A stretch of DNA of 64,000 bases from a virus (Duplodnaviria; Caudoviricetes). Below the pieces are notes generated by a model. The model was not told the origin of the DNA and ran no database searches. It saw nothing but the letters and a program-made list of their open reading frames with translations. A program made the translations under genes and the position numbers. Where the stretch lies: the IMG/VR virus record IMGVR_UViG_3300021958_000023, positions 64,001 through 128,000 of that record. The stretch is one strand, 5' to 3'. Below, in pieces: positions 1 to 8,615 of the stretch (the stretch's first letter is position 1; every line of letters begins with the position of its first letter).

Positions 1-105
1 TGTTTCTCTGATTGACTCTGCTTCTATAAACAAATCTGTTGCTTGAGTTACACCTCGATTTTCCATTGCTAAAAAGTAAGACTTAGCTTCTGAATACTTT
101 GTCAT
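1..105 (-). CDS. Hypothetical protein, 5' part only (MTKYSEASLTFLAMENRGVTQATDLFIEAESIRET...), runs off the window
   Basis: ATG at 105-103, frame open to position 1, consensus promoter directly upstream. Confidence 0.6.
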   Translation of the reverse strand, partial: MTKYSEAKSYFLAMENRGVTQATDLFIEAESIRET

Positions 106-116
106 TTTATAATCCT

Positions 117-145
117 ATTATATTATAATAACAACCTCTAAGCAA
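117..145 (-). promoter_or_regulatory. sigma70-type promoter TTGCTT-17-TATAAT (leftward)
   Basis: Minus strand -35 at 145-140, 17-nt spacer, -10 at 122-117. Confidence 0.65.
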
Positions 146-184
146 ATAAAAATAAGCATTTTAAGGTTGTTATTAAGAAAGTTA

Positions 185-213
185 TTGACATATTTTTTTA
201 TGTGATATATAAT
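185..213 (+). promoter_or_regulatory. Perfect consensus sigma70 promoter TTGACA-17-TATAAT (rightward)
   Basis: TTGACA 185-190, TATAAT 208-213. Confidence 0.9.
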
Positions 214-292
214 GAATTTACTAGTTGGGTAAAAAACGCAGTTAGTAAACTCATTAAATATATAATAACAAAAACTTATCTTATAGGCAAGA

Positions 293-550
293 TTGAATAT
301 GATTTATAAACTAGTTGGATTCTATAAAAATTCACATAATCTAGACTACATAGAGCAGCTTTTTACTGAAATTAAAAAGCGTCATTCCTCTATTACACAG
401 TCAGAGATATATAACTATCAGTCTTCTAAAGTTGCTGAGTTAAATATTACAAATTTTCCTTGCATACTCCTATATAAAAATGATACTCTACATAGAAAGT
501 TGGAGTCTAAACTAACAATAAAAGAATCATTAGAAAAATTGAGATTATAA
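293..550 (+). CDS. Small thioredoxin-fold-like protein lacking CxxC
   Basis: C-terminal VAELNITNFPCILLYKN resembles the thioredoxin cis-Pro region; stop overlaps the next ATG. Confidence 0.45.
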   Translation: MNMIYKLVGFYKNSHNLDYIEQLFTEIKKRHSSITQSEIYNYQSSKVAELNITNFPCILLYKNDTLHRKLESKLTIKESLEKLRL

Positions 551-741
551 TGTATGTAAAAGTAAGAAATAATGATGTTGGAAAAGCTTATAAAATATTA
601 AGTAGAAAATTAAATAACGAAGGTATTTTTAAGAAACTAAAAGAAAAAAGATTTCATATCACTAAAGGTGAAAAGAAAAGACTAAAACATAAAGAAGCTG
701 TTGCTAGGTTGCGTAAATTAGAGCGTAAACAAGAAGATTAG
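550..741 (+). CDS. rpsU: Phage-encoded ribosomal protein bS21
   Basis: 63 aa basic protein, VKVRNNDVGKAYKILSRKLNNEGIFKKLKEKRFH..KGEKKR fits the bS21 pattern (alphaproteobacterial type). Confidence 0.9.
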   Translation: MYVKVRNNDVGKAYKILSRKLNNEGIFKKLKEKRFHITKGEKKRLKHKEAVARLRKLERKQED

Positions 742-745
742 TCTT

Positions 746-1168
746 GTGTCAGATGATTTAAAAATATCTATACATAAAGACTATGTTTTAGTAGAAACAG
801 AAATACTAGACTTAAAAGAAATTAGAGAACAGATGAAAGAACAACAAGAAGAACATATTAATCTAATTGATGAAAAAAATGTAATTCATGATAAGGCTAA
901 TAATGTCATAGAGTATATGATTAAATTTACTAATCTAGATACAGAAGAAGAAGGGTTTTTAGTAGAAGATGTAGGCATCGGCACAGTTATAACTCAGAAA
1001 TGGTCGGATTTAGACGAAGTTACAGAAAGATGGAAATTTATTCAAAAAACTGTTCCTAAGAATGTAAAAGTTGAAATTATAGCAGAAGAAACTATTGAGC
1101 TAAGAATTAAAAATGTAGAATTAGATGAAGCTCCTCCTTTAATGGAAATAGAGTCTTCTGAAGACTAA
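746..1168 (+). CDS. Acidic hypothetical protein
   Basis: 140-aa ORF tightly packed between rpsU and tmRNA. Confidence 0.7.
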   Translation: MSDDLKISIHKDYVLVETEILDLKEIREQMKEQQEEHINLIDEKNVIHDKANNVIEYMIKFTNLDTEEEGFLVEDVGIGTVITQKWSDLDEVTERWKFIQKTVPKNVKVEIIAEETIELRIKNVELDEAPPLMEIESSED

Positions 1169-1169
1169 T

Positions 1170-1505
1170 TGCTTCGTTTGAGAAGAGGTAGAATAGACGG
1201 ACTGGACGCGGGGGCAGTACCCGCCGCCTCCACCATAACTACACCGGCGTTGTGGCCGGCATAAGACTATTAAAGAAGACCGATAAGGGTGCTGGGTAGC
1301 ATCATTAAAGACCGGTGTAGTTATGATGGGGGCGAAATAGGATCGACAGACGTAGTAAAAACTAAATCGAGAAGCAGGTGCGCAAGCGACCTTAACCGCA
1401 AGAAAACAAACAATTGCAAATGATAATTTCGCAATCGAGGATTACCGCCTAGCGGCATAATCTCACGGGGTATGGTTCCACCTAGCAACAGAACGGACCG
1501 CTCTC
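1170..1505 (+). ncRNA. ssrA: Circularly permuted two-piece tmRNA, alphaproteobacterial type; tag (A)ANDNFAIEDYRLAA
   Basis: Acceptor piece ends GCGGGGGCAGTACCCGC-CGCCTCC-A-CCA (CCA 1233-1235). Coding piece starts GGGGGCGAAATAGGATCGAC at 1328. Acceptor stem has the G3:U70 Ala determinant. Tag frame 1416-1460 ends GCG GCA TAA. Outer boundaries approximate. Confidence 0.95.
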
Positions 1506-1522
1506 CCCAAAGTTAACTTATT

Positions 1523-1549
1523 CGTCCAACAAAAGTTGGGCGTATTTTT
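1523..1549 (+). terminator. Intrinsic terminator after tmRNA
   Basis: CGTCCAAC-AAAA-GTTGGGCG followed by TATTTTT. Confidence 0.6.
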
Positions 1550-1564
1550 ATGAAAGGTATAACA

Positions 1565-1918
1565 ATGAAAAAATATTTAATTTCAGGCTTTGCACTTAGC
1601 CTAGTTTCAAGTGCTGCATTAGCTGAAGGAATGGGCTTGCCTGAAGTAGTGTTTCCAGAAGTTGAAGTAACTGTTGGTGCAGAAAGAGAACTAGAAGCAG
1701 AAGTTAATTCAGTTTATTCTTCTGTTGCTATCGGATCTCTTAGAGTAGGCACTACTTTTGCAGATACTGCAGCCGATCAAGGCGCTTTTAGTGTTAGTAA
1801 ATATGAATTTGATGTAGAACAATCATTAGGTCCTAACGTGGTTCTTTATGTAGAAAATGATTTTAATAATGAGTTTAAACATACAGAAACCGTTGTAGGC
1901 GGCAAAATTAAATTTTAA
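1565..1918 (+). CDS. Small outer-membrane beta-barrel/porin-like protein
   Basis: Signal peptide MKKYLISGFALSLVSSAALA, amphipathic beta-strands, C-terminal VVGGKIKF (BAM signal); start moved to the second Met. Confidence 0.7.
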   Translation: MKKYLISGFALSLVSSAALAEGMGLPEVVFPEVEVTVGAERELEAEVNSVYSSVAIGSLRVGTTFADTAADQGAFSVSKYEFDVEQSLGPNVVLYVENDFNNEFKHTETVVGGKIKF

Positions 1919-1940
1919 TTTGTTAATAATCAAAGCAGAT

Positions 1941-1968
1941 AAAAGGGAGGTTTAACCTCCCTTTTTTT
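1941..1968 (+). terminator. Intrinsic terminator
   Basis: AAAAGGGAGG-TTTAA-CCTCCCTTTTTTT. Confidence 0.85.
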
Positions 1969-1999
1969 AATTTCTATAGTTTACCCACCAAACTAGCAC

Positions 2000-2027
2000 T
2001 TGAAAATTTTTTAGAAACGTGTATAAT
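2000..2027 (+). promoter_or_regulatory. Promoter of the glycosylation island, TTGAAA-16-TATAAT
   Basis: Hexamers upstream of GGAG and the ATG at 2050. Confidence 0.6.
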
Positions 2028-2049
2028 ACTATTATATATGGAGTAATAA

Positions 2050-2793
2050 ATGATAGAACAAAAAGCAACAAAAGACTATGCAGAAACTAATATAGAATAT
2101 ATTAAACAATTAAACTCTGTATTTAATTCTGGATGGGAAAAAGAAACAGAAGAATTTAATCAAATCTGGGATGAATGGTTTTTAGAACAGTCTATTGAAG
2201 CACACGCAGATTATGGCGGGCAATGGGCAGGATCTGGTACACTAGATTATACAGAAGCTAGAGTAATATATACTTTGCTTAAAAAAATAAAACCTACAAA
2301 GGTTTTAGAAATAGGAGTAGCACAAGGAGTAAGCGGTAGTTTAATTAGAGAAGCTTTACCCAATACTACCCAATTTGACGGAATAGATATTAAAGTTCCT
2401 CACAGAATATGTTCTCGTTATAAAAATTATTTAGAAAACGATTCTATTTCTTTTTATAAAGGCGATGCAATAGAGTTTATAAAAGAGTCTGAAGAAAATT
2501 ATGATTTAATTTTTGTAGATGCTGATCACCGAGAACCTTTTTGTACTGCTTTAGCAAAAGAAATTAAACAAAAATATCCAAAAACTACTATTATATATCA
2601 TGAATGGTCTTTTTCTGTAAACGCAGATGACGAAGAATTAAAATATGTTTCTAGAAAAGAATGGATTAAACAGTTTTATGAAAGAAAAGCTTTCGAAGAT
2701 GAGTATTCAGAAAAAGAATATAAACACATAGGGTTTTATGGTAGCTGTGGAGTAGGAGTAGTAATTCATGAAAATTTATTTTCGTTGTTGTGA
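2050..2793 (+). CDS. Class I SAM-dependent methyltransferase
   Basis: VLEIGVAQGVS motif I, YDLIFVDADH. Confidence 0.85.
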   Translation: MIEQKATKDYAETNIEYIKQLNSVFNSGWEKETEEFNQIWDEWFLEQSIEAHADYGGQWAGSGTLDYTEARVIYTLLKKIKPTKVLEIGVAQGVSGSLIREALPNTTQFDGIDIKVPHRICSRYKNYLENDSISFYKGDAIEFIKESEENYDLIFVDADHREPFCTALAKEIKQKYPKTTIIYHEWSFSVNADDEELKYVSRKEWIKQFYERKAFEDEYSEKEYKHIGFYGSCGVGVVIHENLFSLL

Positions 2794-3469
2794 AAAACAA
2801 CAAAGTGTTAGTGGGGTTCAAAGATGGTCAGAGATTCCCAAAAACGTAATGATTAAAAAATGTTGGAAATCTATATATGACGGTATAGATGCAAATGATG
2901 AAGTTTTTATACTTCATGATGAAGTATCAGAAGATACACTGAGTTTTATTGAAAAGTACTCATATGACAACACAACTTTTTTAGAAGTACCAAAGCATGA
3001 AATACAAGATAGACTTCACACTTTTAAAATGTTAGAGTTTCTAAAAACCCAACTACAATCTAGTAATCCTGATGATATACACTACATTGTTGAAGATGAT
3101 TACCTTCACACACCAGACGCAATTTCGTCTATGAAAGAAATATTTAAAAAATGGGAACATTTTGTAACTACATATGATTATCCAGATAGATATACAATGG
3201 ATAGAAATCCTTGTTATCTTATGGTAGGGTCTGATAGACATTGGAGAACAAATCCTTCAGGCACTTATACTTTTGCAGCTAAAACAAAAACATGGCTTGA
3301 CTCATGGGATATTATTATGGAACACGCTCCTCATAATCCTACTATAAAAATGTTTGAAAAACACTCATGTATTTCCCCTGTACCAGGAACTTCCTCTCAC
3401 CTAACTCCACACCACATGAGTCCTATTGTAGATTGGGATTCTTTATGGAATAGTGTTGATGCATATTAA
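2768..3469 (+). CDS. GT-A fold glycosyltransferase
   Basis: IHYIVEDDYLH DxD-like motif; gene context. Confidence 0.7.
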   Translation: MKIYFRCCEKQQSVSGVQRWSEIPKNVMIKKCWKSIYDGIDANDEVFILHDEVSEDTLSFIEKYSYDNTTFLEVPKHEIQDRLHTFKMLEFLKTQLQSSNPDDIHYIVEDDYLHTPDAISSMKEIFKKWEHFVTTYDYPDRYTMDRNPCYLMVGSDRHWRTNPSGTYTFAAKTKTWLDSWDIIMEHAPHNPTIKMFEKHSCISPVPGTSSHLTPHHMSPIVDWDSLWNSVDAY

Positions 3470-4328
3470 TTATGAAGAAGTTAGAGCAAACGCTAAACAA
3501 GCTGATCATGTTCTGTATGGTCCTTGGGTAGGAGAGTTTGGATGGGAGTTATTTAGCTGTCAGGGTTATTTAAGAAAATTAAAAGAAGATAACCCTCATC
3601 TAAAATCATTTCACATAATTAGCAGAACGGGTAGAAGTTTTTTATACCAGGATTTCTGCGATTCATATATTGAATATGATTGTCCAGGTAAAAATACAAC
3701 AGGAGCACTTTGTATAGATTACCGCTATGATAATTTTCATAAAAAAGTTATAAACAAATTAAATCTAAAAAACTGTTTATGGATTCCAACTCAGACTTTT
3801 TTAGTAGATTATCACGCAGATGGAGAAGGTAGGGAACCTCGCTTATCAGATTTTTTAAATCATCAAAAATTTATTAAGTATACTAGTAACTCTATTTTAA
3901 ACTCTCCTTATGATATTCTAATACACGCTAGAGAAAGTTTTCATCACGACACAGGAAGTAAAAACTGGTCAAAAGATAAGTGGGACAAAGTTACAGAATA
4001 TCTTTCAAATAAAGGTTATAGATTAGCCGCTACTGGAAGTAAAACAGGAGCTTATGCGCCTAAACATTGTGACGATATAAGAGGAATTGATTTATCTGAA
4101 GATATCTCATATTTAAATCAGTGTAAATTTTTAATTTCAACCTGTAGCGGTCCTGCTCATTTAGCCTCTCTTTGCAATACTCCCTTAGTTGTTATAACAA
4201 ATGAAAATAACATAAACAGGTATAAAACAGACTGGAACCCTTTTAATACGCCTAGAGAGATAGTGTACGAAGAAGGATGGAATCCAAGTGTTGATTTAGT
4301 GATAAGTAAAATTGAGAAAATGCTATGA
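3453..4328 (+). CDS. GT9 (heptosyltransferase)-like glycosyltransferase
   Basis: N-terminal GEFGWE, KNWSKDKW, and ISTCSGPAHLASLCNTP (the DSGxxHLA motif). Confidence 0.75.
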   Translation: MLMHINYEEVRANAKQADHVLYGPWVGEFGWELFSCQGYLRKLKEDNPHLKSFHIISRTGRSFLYQDFCDSYIEYDCPGKNTTGALCIDYRYDNFHKKVINKLNLKNCLWIPTQTFLVDYHADGEGREPRLSDFLNHQKFIKYTSNSILNSPYDILIHARESFHHDTGSKNWSKDKWDKVTEYLSNKGYRLAATGSKTGAYAPKHCDDIRGIDLSEDISYLNQCKFLISTCSGPAHLASLCNTPLVVITNENNINRYKTDWNPFNTPREIVYEEGWNPSVDLVISKIEKML

Positions 4329-5173
4329 AGATACTTTATGTAGGAGTTTTTACTAATCACTCTACAAATATAGGACAAGCTGATTCTTTAGATAAAATTA
4401 GTGATTTAATTACTTTTGACATGAGAGACATTGGTTCTTATACTTTAGAACAACGTGATCAGGCTATTTTAAAAATAGTAAAAGAAGAAAACCCGGATTT
4501 ATTGCTAATTAGTAAAGGCAATACTATAAACGTAGAAGTTATTAAAAAGGCAAAAGAGCATTGTAAAGTAGCTTGTTGGTATATGGACCCTTTAGTAAAT
4601 GCAGACAATGAATGGATGGAAAAAGTTCAGCACAGTGATTATATATTCTCTGCTTATGAAAAACTAGCAAACTTATTCAGAGACAAAAATAAAAATAGTT
4701 TTTATCTTCAAGAAGGTTTTGATCCCAATATTCACAGACCTATGAAATTTGAAAAATCATATGATGCAACATTTGTAGGTTATTTAAAAGATCATAGAAG
4801 AGACTACCATGCTTCATTAAACTTTAAAAACTTTAATGATTCTTATGGAGTAGAATATACAAAAATCGTAAATAAAAGCAGAGTAAACTTAGGCTTTACA
4901 ACTAACAAAGAAGGAACCTCGGACAGAGTATATAAAGTGCTTGCATGCGGTCAGTTTTTCTTATCAGAGTCTTGGGAACTGATGGAAAACGACTGGGAAG
5001 TTGAAAAAGATTTTGTAACTTTTAACTCAATACAAGATTTAGATGATAAGATAAAATATTTCTTAAAGAACCCTAAAGAAAGACTTGAAATAGCAAATCA
5101 CGGAAAACAGACAGTACAAAAATACTCTACTGATAATTGGGCGAAAAGAATAGTAGAAACAGTGAGTGCATAG
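4325..5173 (+). CDS. CgeB-like GT-B glycosyltransferase
   Basis: FDPNIHRP, YDATFVG, SDRVYKVLACGQFFLS. Confidence 0.85.
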   Translation: MKILYVGVFTNHSTNIGQADSLDKISDLITFDMRDIGSYTLEQRDQAILKIVKEENPDLLLISKGNTINVEVIKKAKEHCKVACWYMDPLVNADNEWMEKVQHSDYIFSAYEKLANLFRDKNKNSFYLQEGFDPNIHRPMKFEKSYDATFVGYLKDHRRDYHASLNFKNFNDSYGVEYTKIVNKSRVNLGFTTNKEGTSDRVYKVLACGQFFLSESWELMENDWEVEKDFVTFNSIQDLDDKIKYFLKNPKERLEIANHGKQTVQKYSTDNWAKRIVETVSA

Positions 5174-5203
5174 ATGTTTACATATTTTAAAGTAAGGAAA
5201 AAC

Positions 5204-5755
5204 ATGAAAATTATTAATGGTTTTTTATCTGAAAAAGTACTAAAAGATTTAATTAAGTTAGCAAATAAAGAAATAGAAGAAGCTTGCGATACAGAAATAC
5301 CTCTATATCAATCAATGGTAGATATGCATATTAAATATAAAGATAATAAAGAGTTCAATTATTTAATATCAAAAGTAGAGTCTATTGCATCTAAAGCATA
5401 TGATGACAATCTAAAAATTATTAAGTGTTGGTTTAATATTACAGATAAAGGTTCAACATTTTTAGGAGAAGAAGGTTGGCACATTCACGAAGATGCAAAA
5501 GTAAGCGCTATTTACTATTTAGATAAATGTGATGAAGACGGTACTTATTTTAAAATTGATGATAAAGCTCAGAAATTTACCACTAAAGATAATAGTATTA
5601 TTTTATTTAATAGTAAGTTACAACACGCATCTCCAGAATATAAAAATAAAAGAAGGATAATAATTGCTTTTGATCTTCAAAATATTGGAGAAGATATAGA
5701 TGACGGAGTAACTGTGCCAGAAGACAAAGAATATGATGAAAATTTGGGGAACTAG
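5204..5755 (+). CDS. 2OG-Fe(II) oxygenase
   Basis: WHIH...SAIYYL...ILFNSKLQH...RIIIAFD double-stranded beta-helix signature; start chosen after AAGGA (5174 possible). Confidence 0.8.
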   Translation: MKIINGFLSEKVLKDLIKLANKEIEEACDTEIPLYQSMVDMHIKYKDNKEFNYLISKVESIASKAYDDNLKIIKCWFNITDKGSTFLGEEGWHIHEDAKVSAIYYLDKCDEDGTYFKIDDKAQKFTTKDNSIILFNSKLQHASPEYKNKRRIIIAFDLQNIGEDIDDGVTVPEDKEYDENLGN

Positions 5756-6653
5756 TTTTGGATTAATAGGAGACTTAATTATGTCTCTTCCTCAACTAAC
5801 ATATTTTGAAAAAAAATATCCTGGCAGCTATAAATATTTTGGCATCCATCAAAAAATTTCTCAATGCGCTCCATTATTTTTTAATCATCCTTTAATTGAT
5901 AGAATAAAAATTACAGACAAATGGCATGAGTTTGGCGAAGAAGACTATAAGTTAGCTAGTGGTTGTGATGTATCAACTAGAAAAATAGATCATAAAGAAA
6001 GAACAGTTTATAATTGTAAGTCAATCGATGGCTGGTTTAATGAAATGGATTGTATTGAACACACTGCTAGATGTTCAAATATATTTGATATGAAAGAGGT
6101 TCTTTCAGAAGAAGAAAGATACCCTACACTATATAAATGGTTTGATAGTGATTTTACTAATATTGAGAACAATGAAGGATATTCTAAAGAAAGAAAAAAG
6201 TCAAATAAAATCGGAAATAATTCAATAGCTATTTGGCCTTTTGCTGCATACGGACGAGTAACAGGTAGATCCCCTTCTTTAGACTGGTGGAAAAGTACTA
6301 TACAAAAATTAATTACAGAAGGTTTTGAAATACATCATTTTGGGTGGATAGAAGAACCAAGACTCAGTAATGATAATAAATATCATTATCACACTAAATT
6401 AGAGTTTTTTGAACAAATAAAAGGAAGTTTAGGATGTGATTTTAGTATAGGTACAGATAGTGGATCGATGTGGGTACTTGCAGCATACTCTCATCCAGGT
6501 ATTGTACTTTCAGGGCCTTGGATGCCTGGTCACAATACAAATTGGGAAGCTTTTTTACCTCCTAATAAAAACGGTAAATACATATATAATCTTCCTCACA
6601 TAACAACTATAACATATAATCAAGTTATAGAAAAAATAAAAGAGATAGTTTAA
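5733..6653 (+). CDS. GT9-like glycosyltransferase
   Basis: GLIGDLIMSLP and IGTDSGSMWVLAA. Confidence 0.75.
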   Translation: MMKIWGTSFGLIGDLIMSLPQLTYFEKKYPGSYKYFGIHQKISQCAPLFFNHPLIDRIKITDKWHEFGEEDYKLASGCDVSTRKIDHKERTVYNCKSIDGWFNEMDCIEHTARCSNIFDMKEVLSEEERYPTLYKWFDSDFTNIENNEGYSKERKKSNKIGNNSIAIWPFAAYGRVTGRSPSLDWWKSTIQKLITEGFEIHHFGWIEEPRLSNDNKYHYHTKLEFFEQIKGSLGCDFSIGTDSGSMWVLAAYSHPGIVLSGPWMPGHNTNWEAFLPPNKNGKYIYNLPHITTITYNQVIEKIKEIV

Positions 6654-7423
6654 TGAAGACTTTAATTGTTTTTGGACACGGATTAGGAGACGCAGTTGTA
6701 TTATCTTCTGCTTTAAAAAACTGGTATAACCAAAAAGGATATAGAGCCTCAGTTGCAATGCAAAAAAGATTTGAACAAGCAAACCTATGGAAAAATTGCC
6801 CCTATATTGATGAGTCTGTTTATATTTTAAGCGATCCGTGGCATGATTTTGGTCACTTAAATACTAGAGTAGGGTTTCCTTCTATTTTACAAGAAGGCAT
6901 TGAGTGGGCTAAAAGAAATGGTTATGATGAAGTTAGAATGATATGGGATAGTCCGAACAACTATTTAGTACAAAACTATAATGATATGCTAGAAGTTACA
7001 ATGGAAGATGCAGATCCAGAAGTTTGGATTAGTGAAGATGATAGAGCTTTTGCAAAAGAAGAAGTACAAAGATTAACTGACGGAAATAAGTTTGCATTTA
7101 TTCAAACTCATAGCGGTGATCCTAACAGAAGCCTTCCTGAAAACTATGGTAGAGAGTGGGCTAAAAAACAAGGTATTACTCACTTTATTGAAATAAGCAA
7201 AGAAATAGAAGTAAAAGAACATGATTATTTAGTGCAGTGTGCCATAGCTAATCTAGCAGATATGGTAATAGTACCTAATTCAGGGTATTGGCACGCTTTC
7301 TGTTCTAAATCTATGAATAAAAAGATTGATTTATTATACTTTTCTAGAGGAAAAGAAGATTTTATAAAACGAAATTATTATCCACACTATAAGTGGTTTG
7401 ATAATATTATATATACTTTATGA
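6653..7423 (+). CDS. GT9-like glycosyltransferase
   Basis: HGLGDAVVLS and PNSGYWHA. Confidence 0.7.
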   Translation: MKTLIVFGHGLGDAVVLSSALKNWYNQKGYRASVAMQKRFEQANLWKNCPYIDESVYILSDPWHDFGHLNTRVGFPSILQEGIEWAKRNGYDEVRMIWDSPNNYLVQNYNDMLEVTMEDADPEVWISEDDRAFAKEEVQRLTDGNKFAFIQTHSGDPNRSLPENYGREWAKKQGITHFIEISKEIEVKEHDYLVQCAIANLADMVIVPNSGYWHAFCSKSMNKKIDLLYFSRGKEDFIKRNYYPHYKWFDNIIYTL

Positions 7424-7430
7424 GGGAAAA

Positions 7431-8615
7431 ATGAGATATCCATTAGCGTGTGAAACCTGGGATCATGAAGAGCTTGGAATGATTCAAAAAGTAATAAATA
7501 GTAATAGATTTACTATGGGTCCAGAAGTAGAAAAATTTGAAAAACAATTTGCCAAAACTGTGGGTAAAAACCATGCTGTAATGGTAAATAGTGGAAGTTC
7601 AGCTAATTTATTAATGATTGGCAGTTTAGTACTAAATGAAGATATTGACTTAAATCCCGGAGATGAAGTTATTGTTCCTGCAGTTAGTTGGTCTACTACA
7701 TTTTTTCCAGTTCATCAGTATGGACTAGTAATGAAATTTGTTGATGTAAATCCTCATACTTTCAACATCGATCCTAGTGATATTGAAAAAAATATCACTG
7801 AAAACACAAAAGCTGTTCTTGCTGTTAACCTGTTAGGTAACTCTTGTGAATACGCTAGACTAATAGAAATTTGTCACAGACACAATATTCTACTATTAGA
7901 AGATAACTGCGAAAGCTTAGGTGCGAAATATAGAGGAAGACATTTAGGAACTATTGGCACTATGGGTACTTATTCCTTCTTTTTTAGTCATCATATGCAG
8001 ACTATGGAAGGAGGCATGATCGTAACAGACGATCTTAAACTTGCAGAATATTGTAAAAGTTTAAGAGCTCATGGTTGGATGAGAGAGTTGCCACAAGAAA
8101 ATACTGTTTGTAATAAAGTAGGCAACCCGTTTAAAGACAGTTTTAGATTTGCACTACCTGGTTACAGTGTAAGACCATTAGAAATGAGTGGAGCAATTGG
8201 GCAGGCTCAGTTAAAAAAGCTAGATAGCATGACTAGTGCTAGAAGAGACAATGCTCTTTATTTTCAAGATAGACTTAGGGATAACCCAGATTTTTACTTA
8301 CAAAAAGAAGAAAATGATGGACACAAAAATACCACATATAGTAGCTGGTTTGGGTTTGGTATTGTTTTAAGAGAAGGACTAGATAGAGATTTTATTGTAG
8401 GAAAATTAATTGAAAACGAAATTGAGTGCAGACCGATAGTTGCAGGTAATTTTATGAACAATCCTGTTATTAAAAGACTTAACTATAAAACTAATATTGA
8501 TGGTTATAAAGGATCTGATATCTTAGATAATCAAGGATTCTTCATTGGTAATAATCCAAGTAAAATGCACGAAGAGATAGATTACTTTTTTAGAACGATG
8601 GAGACTTACATATGA
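7431..8615 (+). CDS. colD: DegT/DnrJ family PLP enzyme, ColD-type GDP-4-keto-6-deoxymannose 3-dehydratase
   Basis: NSGSSANL, EDNCESLGA, FSHHMQTMEGG (His in place of the catalytic Lys), RAHGW, CRPIVAGNF; adjacent to gmd. Confidence 0.8.
   Translation: MRYPLACETWDHEELGMIQKVINSNRFTMGPEVEKFEKQFAKTVGKNHAVMVNSGSSANLLMIGSLVLNEDIDLNPGDEVIVPAVSWSTTFFPVHQYGLVMKFVDVNPHTFNIDPSDIEKNITENTKAVLAVNLLGNSCEYARLIEICHRHNILLLEDNCESLGAKYRGRHLGTIGTMGTYSFFFSHHMQTMEGGMIVTDDLKLAEYCKSLRAHGWMRELPQENTVCNKVGNPFKDSFRFALPGYSVRPLEMSGAIGQAQLKKLDSMTSARRDNALYFQDRLRDNPDFYLQKEENDGHKNTTYSSWFGFGIVLREGLDRDFIVGKLIENEIECRPIVAGNFMNNPVIKRLNYKTNIDGYKGSDILDNQGFFIGNNPSKMHEEIDYFFRTMETYI

Noticed and set aside
1205-1235. tRNA-like T-arm and CCA end
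   Set aside because: It is the acceptor piece of the permuted tmRNA; there is no anticodon arm.
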